From an uncultured virus (IMG/VR IMGVR_UViG_3300026488_000245) (Duplodnaviria > Heunggongvirae > Uroviricota > Caudoviricetes), in the IMG/VR virus record IMGVR_UViG_3300026488_000245: DNA of 20,000 bases; one strand, given 5' to 3'. A program made the translations under genes and the position numbers. Below are positions 1-11,746 of this stretch, one piece after another. The stretch's first letter is position 1; every line of letters begins with the position of its first letter. The notes beneath the pieces are model-generated. The model was given only the letters and a program-made list of their open reading frames with translations, searched no databases and had not been told where the DNA came from.

Positions 1-49
1 TTCATACTTTAATTAATAATCTACTTATTTTCTAAATAATATCATTCAT
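1..49 (-). CDS. 5' end of a hypothetical protein running off the left edge
   Basis: ATG at 49-47, 39 nt downstream of the galE stop. Reads MNDII[TAG]KISRLLIKV[TGA]. Only 16 codons are visible. Confidence 0.35.
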
Positions 50-87
50 CGCAATTTTTAATTTTATTTAAAAATAATAAGTAAACT

Positions 88-1188
88 TTAATTTATCCCG
101 TAAAACCTCAAACCATTTCTAATACTCTCTTCTAAACTCCTTTTAGCTTTCCACCCCAATTCCTTCTCTGCTTTAGATGCATCACACTAAACTTCTGCTA
201 AATCTCCTGGTCTTCTTTCTACTATTTTGTAAGGAACTTTTTTTCAACTAACTTTTTCAACTAATCTAACCATTTCTAAAACACTAACTCCTCTACCAAC
301 TCATAAATTAAATACCTCAAAAAATCATTCTTTTTTTCAGACCTCTTTTAACTCTTCAGACCTCTCTCCACTCTTCAGACCTCTATCTTCTAAATATTTC
401 CACGCTTTAATATGTCCATCTACCAAATCCATTATATCTATATAATCTCTTACTCCAGTTCAATCTTTTGTAGGATAATCTCTGCCAAAAATTTTTAAAT
501 ATTCTAACTCTCATTTCAACACTTTCATTATATAAGGAAACAAATTATTTGGTATTCAGTTTGGGTCTTCTCATAAAAATCAAGAAGGATGTGCTCCAAT
601 AGGATTAAAATATCTCAAACTAATGACTCTAAATCAACTAAATCTAGCTAAATCTTGTAATATTTGCTCTATTATAAATTTTGTTCTTCCATAAGGATTT
701 GTTGTATTTCATACTGGATCAGTTTCTTTCAATCATCTTTTCAAAATAAAATCAGTTCATACTCTATTAATAGCATTGTCTGGTAAACTTGATATATCAT
801 ACACAGTAGCACTACTTGAAAAAATAATATTTTTAACTCAATATTTATTCATCAATTCAAATAAATTTAAACTTCAAGTTATATTGTTTTGAAAATATTT
901 CAAAGGCAATTCACAACTTTCTCAAACTGCTTTTAATCAAGCAAAATGTATTACTCAATCAAATTTATTTTCTTGAAAAACTCTTTCTAATCAATTTCTA
1001 TCTAACAAATCAACTTTATAAAACTTCGGTTTATATCATAAAATCTTTTTAATTCTATCTAATACTTCTATTTTTGAATTTGACAAATTATCAACTATAA
1101 CAGTCTTATAACCTAACTTTTCAAATTCTACTACTGCATGAGAACCTATATAACCTAATCAACCTGTTATAAGTAAAGTTTTTCACAT
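88..1188 (-). CDS. galE: UDP-glucose 4-epimerase (366 aa; TGA=Gly, one in-frame TAG)
   Basis: Motifs: MGKTLLITGGLGYIGSH (NAD-binding), VDNLSNS, VIHFAGLKAVGES, IFSSSATVY, NPYGRTK (YxxxK), LRYFNPIGAHPSG, EDPNGIPNNL, DYPTKDGTGVRDYI, RRPGDLAEV[TAG]CDASKAEKELGW. Many of the conserved Gly are TGA. Ends at TAA 90-88. Confidence 0.97.
336..384. repeat. Three-copy tandem repeat with 19-bp period inside galE
   Basis: TTCAGACCTCT at 336, 355 and 374. The second and third copies extend to ACTCTTCAGACCTCT (351-365, 370-384). Confidence 0.85.
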
Positions 1189-1278
1189 TTACTATCAGTT
1201 TTTTATTTTTATAAAAATCTTTATATTTTAATATAGAAAAATAATAAAAAAATTTTTATAAAAGTAAAATAAATAAAA

Positions 1279-2208
1279 ATGAAAAAAATTATTTTAGTAA
1301 CTTTTATTATATTTTTAAATTTTTCATTTTGATTTTTTGATTATATTTATAAAAATATAAATAAAAATAATTTTAAAAAAGAAACTATTTATGTATGAAA
1401 TTTAATAGAAAATTATTTAAATAAAAAAGTGAAAGACAATTATAAAAAAATAGAAAAATTATATCAAATAGAAAAAACTTTAGAAAAAGTTAAATAGAAA
1501 TATAAAAATAATAGATTCGTTTTTCAAGTAATAAATGAATTAGAAATTTATCTATATAAAGATTATTTAAACAAGCTTTGATTTGAAGAAATAAAAATTG
1601 AAAAAATTATTGACTGAGATACAGTAAAATATAGAAGTATTTTAACAAATAAAAAATGATATTTAAGAATGATATGACTAGATACACCAGAATCAAATCC
1701 TACTAGATTTTGATATATAGAATGTTTTTGAAAAGAAGCTAAAGAGCATTTAAAAAAATTGATTAAACATTGAAAATATTTCTTTATAGAATATGATAAA
1801 ACTCAATGATATAAAGATAAATATTGAAGAACATTATGATATTTAATAGAATGAATAATGTTTAAAAATTGAAAATTAAAATTAATTAATTTAAATTGAA
1901 AACAAATAAAAGATTGATATTGATAGGAATATACTTTCAATTTACCATATAAATATATGGAATCATTTAAAAAATATCAAAAATATGCTAGAAATAATAA
2001 TTTATGATTATAGTCGCCAAATACTTGTAATTGAAAAAGAAAGAAAATTAACAATTCTAAAAACAATCTTTTAAACTGTAATAGAAAAGTTTATTGCTAT
2101 CAATTAAAAACTTGTAATTTAGCTAAACAATATTTAAATAATTGTAATTTTTATTAGTTAGATAAAGACTGAGATTGAATACCTTGTGAAAAATTATGCA
2201 GAAATTAA
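1279..2208 (+). CDS. Secreted thermonuclease (SNase family) with C-terminal Excalibur Ca-binding domain (309 aa)
   Basis: Signal peptide MKKIILVTFIIFLNFSFG. SNase motifs IIDGDT, LRMIGLDTPE, ECFGKEAKEHL, DKYGRTLGY, YG[TAG]EYTFNLPYKY, GL[TAG]SPNTCNG. Excalibur-like CYQLKTC...LDKDGDGIPCEKLC. In-frame TAG at 1495, 1924, 2011 and 2155. Ends in TAA. Confidence 0.93.
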
Positions 2209-2232
2209 AATTCAATTATTTTTAATAAATTT

Positions 2233-3192
2233 TTAGCTTCACATTTTTAAAAGAAAACTTATATATGTTATATCAATAAAAAAGAAGAAAGCAAAAATAA
2301 AAGTTAATAAAAGTAAAAAATTAAAATATTGAAAACTATAATTTTTAAATTTTATATAAAAAACTAATAATATATAAATTACTGGTATAAGTAAAGTAAT
2401 TAATTCAGATATAAATAAATTGTTAAAATAATTAGTTAAAAAATCAACAACTAATTTATAATAAAAATTTAGAAATAATCAATAAATAAGAATGAATGAA
2501 AATATAAAAAATAAAGAAGAAAACATTTTTTTTAAAAATTTTAAATAATTTTTAAATGATATATAAATTATTGAAATACTTATTAATTGAAATAAAAATA
2601 TAAAAAATAACAACTTAGATATATCTATTCATTTTGAAATAAAAGACAACGAATTAAATATATAATCTTGTTTTGTTAATAAAAATCAAAAAAAAGCAAA
2701 ATTGAATAAATTAATTATAAATATAAATAAGTTTTCTCAAAAGCTTCATGTGTTAAATAAAGGGATTTTTATTTTTAACTTTAAAGGGAAAAACATATAT
2801 TTTAATCAATTGTTAGTTAATATATCTCATAATAAATGTCAAAAAATAAAAATAAAAGAAAAAATAAATTCATGTAATAATATTTTTTTAAATATTTCAT
2901 AATTAATAATTAGTCAAAGTTTAGTAAAAAATAAAAATAAAATTCAAAAAAATAGAAATAAGAACGACAATATAAAAAGTATAGAATGCGTTATTTTTCT
3001 ATGTGTAAAAAAATTATTAAAACTAAAAGTTTTTTTAGCAATCTTTGAATCGTTATGGTCTATATCAGGTAATAATGATAATAAAATTATTAAAGATAAA
3101 CTAATTATAGGAAAATAATTAAATTTTAATATAAAAAAATATGTTATAAAAAATAAAAAAACATTAAAAGATATATGCGAATTATATATCAT
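2233..3192 (-). CDS. YdjM-like membrane-bound metal-dependent hydrolase (319 aa)
   Basis: Extends the track ORF 2944-3192 through TGA. Motifs MIYNSH, SLLPDIDH, THRKITHS, GHLLGDILTNNG..FFP, FNTGSFGE, plus multiple hydrophobic helices. Ends at TAA 2235-2233. Confidence 0.85.
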
Positions 3193-3209
3193 TTTATATT
3201 TTTTACATA

Positions 3210-3422
3210 TTAAAAATTATCATTAAAAATTTTTTCATCATTTTTTCTTTGCTTTCATCATAAAATATATTCTATTCTTTTTAAATATAATATAAATTCT
3301 TCTATAATTTCTCAATTATCTTTATTTTTCCCGCATTTATTTTTTATTTTTTTTAAAGATTTTTTCAGAGTTTTAAATTTTTTCTCTTCTTCTTTTGTTA
3401 TAATATTGTTATTATTATTCAT
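3210..3422 (-). CDS. Small basic hypothetical protein (70 aa)
   Basis: ATG to TAA frame (MNNNNNYITKEEEKKFKTLKK...) that neatly fills the gap between two co-oriented genes. Confidence 0.6.
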
Positions 3423-3440
3423 TTTCAATTATTTAATTAA

Positions 3441-5843
3441 TTAAATCTAAAATATTCAATTGAATATCTACATAATAATTATAAAAATAATTAATCTGAC
3501 AGAAAATTCTAAAAGAATTATTTGCAAACTTTCTTTTTTATCTAAATCCTTATTTCTTTTTAATTCTATTATTCATTCAAACAAATTATAAATTCAACTA
3601 ATTTTTAAAAATATTATTATCTATCAAATAAAAATTATGAAGTAAAATACTTTCATAAAAAGCATATTTCAAAAATTAAATACTGGTATGAAAAATATTG
3701 TTGGATAAACTGGCAAAAATTTTCACTCATCAGTATATTTATAGTATACTAAATATTTTGAATTTTCTTTTTTATTTTTATTTTCTAACTCTAAATATTT
3801 TTCTAATAATTCTCAATTAAAATTTGTGATATATCAGCTTCATAATAAATCTGAAAAAGACGTTTTTAAAAAATTCTAGTATTGTCTAGTCATCTTATCT
3901 TTATTATCTAAATATTCAAACTAAAACAAATTATTTAATTTTTGTGAATTACCATTTATAAAATATTTATCTAATAAATAATATTTAATATCTAAAGTAA
4001 TTCATAATTGTTTTAAATAATTATCATTGTAAATTAATCTTAATCATCATAATTTATAATCATAAATTTTATTTAATTCATTATAGTCTTTTACTATATT
4101 TTTTCAGTTAACAAATAGTATTAATTTTGGCTGTGCCTATATATAAGTATCCAAAAGATTTTTATCAAATAATTTTATCACTCAAGATAAATAATTTTTA
4201 TAATTTTCTAATATATTTCTATTTGATAATAACACAGTTCAATTATAATTTAATTGTTTATACTTATCGTTATCAATAATAATTTTATTTAAATCATACT
4301 ATGTTTTTACGTAAGCTAAATTATATTTTTTGTTATAAAATAAAAGGTATAAATAATTAAGTTTATAATCATATTTTGATTTAAATAATCTTAAAAAACC
4401 GTCAAAAATTTGTTTATCAATTAAATAATTATTATCGTCAATTTTTATAATAAAAGGTAATCAAAGTCAATAACAATTTTCTTCTCATATGTAACAAATG
4501 TTAGTATTCTTTCTTACATTTTTATATAAAATCATTTTTTTTATCTTTTCTTTAATTCATATTTTTTTTAGATTCTACTTATCAATAATAACTAAATTAG
4601 AATTTCTTAAACTTTTATAAACATCTCTTTTTATTTCTTCTATTTTTTTATTTAAATATTTTCTTATTTTTTTTCTTTTAATATTATCAATTCAAAATGT
4701 ATAATTATTGTGATTTTCTAAATACTATTCATATTTATTATCATAATAAATATTTTCTTTTCTAAATTTTTTTACTTTTATAATTTTTTCTAATCATTTA
4801 ATATTTTTTTTATATTTTTTAATAAAATTATTTATTGTAGGTTTTTCTTTAATAGAGAAATCAGAATTAACTAAATTAATGAAATAAGGAAAATAAAAAG
4901 AATTTGTTTTTACACTTATATTTCATATTTTTAAATTTGAATTTCAATTAAAAATTTTATCTATAAAATTTGATTGCATTATCTTTTTTCTCATAATCTC
5001 AGAAAAATTCACTTCTTGTTGATTTACTTTAAACATAAATGATAGAGTAGTATAGTAATACTATTTTGTTATAAATCAATAAATTCAATTATAAAAATTT
5101 ATTTGATTATCTTCAATAAAAAAATTATTAACTTTATTTACTAAATTTCTAAATTTACTATTATTTTCATAATAATATTTTTCTAAGTCATATAAAGTAG
5201 TTATTTTATATCAATTTATATATATACTTTTGTTATATATAAAAAATAAAAATAAAACTCATAAAAAAACAACAAATAATTTTCATTTATCAAAATATAA
5301 ATTCTTTAAATATTCTAATAAATTTTTTAACCTGATTATTCATAATTGAAATAAAGAAAAAACAATAAATATTCATATTCATTTATCTTGTAATTTATTC
5401 ATATCAAACTCTTTTTTTCATATAACACTCAAATAAGCCTCTTTTATTATAGATGAAAAATAGTAATAAAATGCTAAGATTTTTTTATCTAAAGATGTAG
5501 AACTAAAATATATATTTTTAACTTCTTCTTTTTTTATATAGTTAATAGCTATTATTAATCAAAATAATCAATTTAAAAAAATCGTTAATATAAAAATTAT
5601 TAAAGAAAATATGAAAATTAATCATAAAAAACTAAGCTAAATATTGTTGAATTTTAAAGATATCAGATTATAAAAAAAATTAGGGTCAATAAAAACTTTA
5701 CTTAAAGCATCTAATCAAAATCAAATTCAAATTATCTTTGATATTAAAATAAAAAATCAGCTAAATAAAAGATATATAACTTTAAATTTAGTTAAAATAA
5801 GCAAAACTAATAATATTCAAACAATATATATTCAAAAATTCAT
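3441..5843 (-). CDS. Large hypothetical membrane protein (800 aa) with N- and C-terminal TM segments around a soluble domain
   Basis: 2403-nt frame with no TAA. About 11 in-frame TAG and no TGG seen. Hydrophobic N-terminal helices and C-terminal helices (FYFIIFIG[TAG]IIIFLK). Confidence 0.8.
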
Positions 5844-5957
5844 TTTTTACATAAAAGATTATAAAATTATTTATTTTATTATATATAATAATAATATCAA
5901 TCAAAGTTAAGTACTATATTAAATCAAAAATATATTTATAAAGTAATTTTAGCTTTT

Positions 5958-8753
5958 ATGAATGATTTTCTAAGTGAAAAACTTTCAAAGATAAGAAGTG
6001 TATTAAATAATAATATTAGAAATAAAAACATAGATTTAAATAACATACTAAAAAAAATAGATGAAGATATTTAGAATCATAATTATCTATTTTTTGATAG
6101 ATTAATTAAAAAAATAGAAGATAGTTTAATTAAATGAAAAAATATTTTATTGCATTGAGATTATGATGTAGATTGAATTTTTTCTTCTATTTGATTATAT
6201 TTAATTTTAATTTATTTAAAAAATAAATACAAGTCAAATTCTGAAATTTATCTAAACATTAATAACAGATTAATTTGATATTGAAACGATATAGAAAAAA
6301 TTGTTTTTGAACGTGAAAAAATTTTGAATAAAAAAATAGATATTGTTATATTGTTAGACCAATGATGAACTGTAAAATATGATACTGATTTTTTAATAAA
6401 AAAAGATATCGTTGTTATAGACCATCATCATGCTACAAATAATTTTTATGAAAATATAAAAGATATTGATAAAGTAAATAAAGAAAAAATAGAATTTATA
6501 ATAGATAAATTAAAAAAATGAAATATAATTTATCTAAATTATTTTCTTTTAACTGACAGAGAAAAATTTATTAATTTTTTTGATTGAATAATAGATGAAA
6601 ATGAAATAAATAAATTACATTTTTGCGAAGAATGTAGTGCTACTACATGATGAATAATACTTTTATTTTCAATTTTTTTATACAAAAATTATTTTTATAA
6701 TGATGAAAACTTTAAAATTATTTTATTAACAAATTATATTCTTTGATATATTACTTTTATATCAGATGCATTTTGATTTAATGAAAAATATATAAATATA
6801 AAAATAATTGCTGAAAATTTAATTTTTTTATTAACTGAAAGATATTATTATTTTTTCAATATATTAGAAAAAAAAATAGAAGAACTCTGAAATATAAATG
6901 ATAAATTTCTTTATATTTTAAATAAATTAGATTTAACAAAAAAAGAAAAAAAATTAATCAAACATTTAAAAAATATATTTAAAAGTAAAGATTTAGATTG
7001 AAATAATAGTATTACAGAAAGAATATTTAATTTTAATGATTATATAATACATTGAGCATTTTCAAGCAGTAATCAAGATATATTTAACTTAATTTTTAAA
7101 AGAAAAACTCACTTAAATAATATCGAAAATTTTAAAGAAATAAATAATAATATTAATGAATTAGTTTTAAAAGAAAGAGAATTCTTAAAAATATATATTG
7201 ATTTATGCAAAAAACATTTAAAAGAAATAGAACAAAATAAAGAAAAAAATAAGATTTTTAAACAAATAGATGAATATTTTAATGTTAAGAATGAATATAT
7301 AAACAATAATAATAGAAAAGGTTATAAAAATAAAATAACTAATTGAAATAACTTTTTATTACACAATTTATTTTTTGAATTTGATTTTAATTTTGAAGAT
7401 GAAAAATTAATAGATTATATTTCTAATATTTTAAAATTTATTTTTTCATTTATAGAAGATTATTCAAATTTTTCTGTATCTATATGATTTAAATTAAATC
7501 CTTCAATTAATGCTTTTTGAAGAGTTTCTTTATGAAATTTATTTATATATTATCTTTTAAGTAAAAAAACATGATTTATAAAAAAAATTGATTTAATAAA
7601 TAATATAAGAAAGAAAGTACAAAGCACTTTTCTTATTGATTGCAATTCAAACAGCTGAGTAGAAAACATATATAAAGATAATTGAATAAGTAATTTTTAT
7701 AAATTATATTGAGAAAAAATAAACAATAAAAAAATATTAATTTGAAAATTAAATCATTTAGTTAAAAATTTTGATAATATAAAAATTTGAGTTTTTTGAT
7801 ATAAAATAAATGAAAAAAATTTAATTTATGATAAACTAGATATCTATTTATTTTATGTAAATAATAAAGAAAAAAATAAAATTTTTTCTATTTTAGATTT
7901 TGAAAAGATTAAATGAATTATCGAAGAGGTAATTTATAAAGAAAATGTTATTTTTAACTCTGCAAGATGAATTTATTGAATATTAGCAGCTAGATATTTG
8001 AATAAACATAATTTAGATATTGCTCTTGTTTGAGAATTATGAAAAAAATTTTTATGAGGTTCATGAAGAAGTAATATAAATATTGATATTAAAAAAATAA
8101 AATGAAAAGTAGAATTTAAATGACATTCAAAAGCATTTTGATTTAATATTAAATTTAATAATAAAGATGAAATATTAGAATTATTAAACAAATTTATTAA
8201 AAAAGAAAATATTATTCCAGAAGAAGATGAAACTCATAAGATAATTATTAATATTGAAGATATAATAGAAAAAGATATAAAAAATTTATTAGTAAAAATT
8301 AAATTACTAGAACTTTTTAACTATTCTTTAGTATTTACAGCTGATTTAAAAAAATTAAACAAATATAAAGATTTGTTTAAAATAAATAAAAATTGAGTTA
8401 CTTTAAATTATAATGATTACTTCATTTTTATTAGTAAAGATAATATTAAAAACTTTTTAGAAATTGCTTTATGAATAGAAAAAGAAATAATTTTTAAGAA
8501 TAATATAAATAAAAATAATATAAAAGTTGTATTATCATTTTTTAAAACTGATAAAGAATATAAATTTTTAGATTATACACCTTATTGAATAGATTATGAA
8601 TTTTATTCAAATAAAAATATTTATTCTTTTCTAAATAATAATATTTTTGTTGATTACGATTTATCTATTTTTGAACAAGAAAATATATACAAGAAAATAG
8701 AATTTCTTTTAAATAATATCAATAACATCAAAAAAATAAAATTTTTTATTTAA
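5958..8753 (+). CDS. recJ: RecJ-like single-stranded DNA exonuclease, DHH/DHHA1 family, with large insertions (931 aa)
   Basis: Motifs in canonical order: LHGDYDVDG (GDYDVDG at 6156-6176), NRLIGYG, ILLDQG, VIDHH (about 6420), ITFISD, IGFKLNPSINAFGR, NNIRKKVQ, GIYGILAARY, GSGRS, KGHSKAFG. One in-frame TAG (6072). Ends in TAA. Confidence 0.88.
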
Positions 8754-8760
8754 TAAATCA

Positions 8761-10029
8761 TTAATAATCATATTGATTCATTTTTATCTTTTGTAATTTT
8801 TCATATTCATCTTTCTATAAGTTAAACTACCGAGGATATTTTCACATAATTTCAACTTCTCATTCTTTTCATCATTCATTATATATTTCATATCATGCTT
8901 CTACTTTTTGTATTAAATCCTTATAATTTTTTTCTATCTGCTTTCTAAAATTTAAAGCTTCTCTTAATAAAATTTTTTTATACTCTTCTTTTAACTATTT
9001 TAAATAATAATCTCTAATCTATTTTATAAACTCATAATAAGTATTATAAGCATATAAATAAACTTTTTTATTTCAACTTGTTTCAAACTCTTCTTTCATC
9101 ATATTTAACTAATAAGGATTTAATAAGATTGCTAACTCATTATTAAAATATCAATATAGATTACCGTGTATACTTCAATTAGCTAATTTTTTTTCTGTTA
9201 TTGCTAATTTTTTATTCTATTTATCTTTTAAATATTCTAATAATTCCTTATCTACATATCTTTTATCAATATGTTTATCTTTTAATTTTTTATTAATATA
9301 TTCAACTTGCTTTTCATATAATTTATCATAAATTGACAATATAAAGTCATAATTCTTATTTTCTTCATAAATTTTAGGACTATATCAAATAACATACTAT
9401 ATTTTTGTAAAAATTTTAGACAAAAAAGTAGAATAATATTCTAAATTTTCAATAGTATTTACATTCTATAAATCAGAATATATAACTTTTTTTCATAATT
9501 TCGTAATTTTTTTATAAGTATTATCTACCTATTTTATTCATTCTAATATGTTTTTTAAAGATATAGAAACATCTTTATATATATCATAATATGGGTCTAT
9601 ATAAATATATTCCATATGAATTATATTGCTAAACTATAATGAATCAGAATAATCTATTAAATCAGAAAACTTTATTTGTGATAAATAATTTTTTGTATAT
9701 TTTAAAATATCATATTTATTGTATTTTTCGTTTAACTATATATTTTCATCTGACTGAATTTCTCAATTAATTTCTCAAAGCAATTCTGCTTCTTCCTCTT
9801 CGGAAACAGCATATGGATCAAAAGCAAATAAAGGTAATTTAAATGCAGTAAATAAATAAAATAATATAATTCATATACTAGCTCATTTTCAAATTAATTT
9901 TTCTAATCTATTCATCAGTTTATCATCTAATATAAAAATAAAACTTTTTTTATTATAATTTTCTAGGATATTTTGAATTTCATAGTATTCTTTTACTAAC
10001 TTTTTTATATCTTCTTTTTCTTTTCTCAT
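8761..10029 (-). CDS. Hypothetical protein with a single N-proximal hydrophobic segment (422 aa)
   Basis: TAA-free frame from ATG 10029 to TAA 8763-8761, convergent with recJ (7-nt gap). About 11 in-frame TAG. Hydrophobic stretch GASIGIILFYLFTAFKLPLFA. Confidence 0.8.
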
Positions 10030-10166
10030 TTTTAAAATTCTATTAATTAATATAAAAAACGAAAAATAAAATAAACTTTTTTTTATTATTTTTAATTATA
10101 TTAAAATTATATTAATTATTTATAATAATTTAGTATAATTTACTTTTAATTATTTCTTTTTTTAAA

Positions 10167-11741
10167 ATGAATATATTCATTTTTTTAATCTTTATTTTAT
10201 TTTTCTCATTTTGATTTTCAAATTGATATTATCAAGAATTAGAAAAAATTATAGAGCATAAAAATATTTTAAACAATTTAAAATCTAACACAAATACTTG
10301 AGTAAATTTAAAAAACATATTAAAAAATTTTTTAAATTTATTTGAAAAAAATCAAATTTTAGTTGATTCTTTATCACAAGAAGAAATTATATATTTATAT
10401 ATGTTAAAATATAAATGATTTGATTTTGTTATTACTGATACAAGCGACAAATTTTCTCAATTTATTTCATTTTATTCAAATCTAAAAAATTTTCATTTAT
10501 GAATAAAACAATTATTAGCTGTGTCTTATAAATATTGAAATTATGAAGCTGTAAAATCAAAAATTAGCAAAAATCGAAAAAAATAGAAAGAAGTTTAGCA
10601 ACTTAATGAAAAAACTTTATTTATACCTTGAATACTTTCAAGAGAATGATGATATTTTAAAAATTGAATATTAATTTAGCCTTGAAATTGATGAGTTTGA
10701 CAATTAATATATTATTGTGATACTATTAATAATTATGATATATATTTTAACGAAAAAGAAGTTTTATATAAAATTAGTAATAGTTTATGAAATAAATTTA
10801 ATTTTATATTTTATAGACCTACTTATTTATAGTGAAGATTAGATAAATATATTTATTGATATGATTTAAAATGTAACAAACAAAAAGTACAATATAAAGA
10901 TTTTTCATTAAATAAAGATGATTTGATAAAATTATGAAAATATATATACCAAGCTTATAAAGAATATATATCACAAAAAAAATGATTAGCAATAGAATTA
11001 GATAATTATATTTGATTAATTGATTCTTTTTATGAAGAAGAAAATGATAAGTACGAAAGAATTGCTATAGATTTTATTTGAAATATGCAATTAATTAACT
11101 TAATAAGTTTTTTGTATCATAAATGATTATTTTTATATAGTAATACTTTATTTAATACTATATAGGAATGAAATAATTATTGAAAATGAATAAAGTATGT
11201 TTTTAAAAATATTAAATCGAATTGAATTGATTTAGTTATAGAAAAAGAATTATTTAAAAAAGATTTATAGAATATATTAAATAATTTAACAATAAGTAAC
11301 CAATGATTTTATAAAATTAATGAACATAATTTTAAAAAAATTTGAATTTACGAAAAAGATTATATATCATTAGTTTTATCTTTCTTTTATTGAGCTGTAG
11401 CATGATTTTATAATTGATTTTGAAATACAAAAGAGTATATTTTTATTCATGATTACTGAATTACTTTACAAAAAAATTTATGAGAACAAATATTTTGAAA
11501 AGAAAATTATTTAATACTATGAAAAATTGCTAAAGACTGATGAAAAGTTCTTATACCTTCAAAACAAAATTGAATTTTTTAGGTAGTAATGTCTTTTTAT
11601 AAAAAAAATTGAAGAAAAATTTTTATAAATAACTTATATTCAAATTTTATTTTAAGAATTATTTATAAAAGAAATTTGTTTTTATGAATAATGAATCTTT
11701 ATTCCCTTTGAATATATGGTTTTAATTATATTAATCAATAA
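10167..11741 (+). CDS. Secreted protein, probable lysozyme-like peptidoglycan hydrolase (524 aa)
   Basis: Signal peptide MNIFIFLIFILFFSFG. IPGILSREGG (candidate catalytic Glu at 10644), PGNGGVGQL, AGFYNGFG and GKIAKDGG..SKQNG resemble lysozyme-superfamily motifs (E, GxxQ, YNG). About 7 in-frame TAG. The ORF is solid; the function is inferred. Confidence 0.6.
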
Positions 11742-11746
11742 ATAAA

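Noticed and set aside
336..384. Mini CRISPR array
   Set aside because: Units are 11-15 bp with only 4-8 bp between them, lie inside an intact CDS, and no cas genes are present.
88..1188. TGA=Trp (table 4, Mycoplasma-like)
   Set aside because: TGA sits at invariant Gly positions in GalE, SNase and RecJ and is far too frequent for Trp.
1279..2208. TAG=Gln (table 15-like phage recoding), TAG=Tyr or TAG=Pyl
   Set aside because: CAA and TAT are common whereas TGG is almost missing, and TAG occupies the SNase GLW motif. The galE site alone would also allow Tyr, but the combined evidence favours Trp. No pyl genes are in view.
2702..2902. Track ORF on the + strand (66 aa)
   Set aside because: Antisense shadow of the YdjM-like gene.
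6780..7470. Intein or intron in recJ
   Set aside because: No Cys/Ser-start with His-Asn-end splice motifs and no LAGLIDADG motif. The frame is continuous and its composition matches the flanks.
7109..8191. Track ORFs 7109-7306 and 7973-8191 on the - strand
   Set aside because: Antisense shadows inside recJ.
10030..10166. Sigma-70 -10 boxes (TATAAT) in divergent intergenic regions, also 5844-5957
   Set aside because: TATAAT arises by chance at this AT content and no convincing -35 element was found, so specific promoters cannot be supported.
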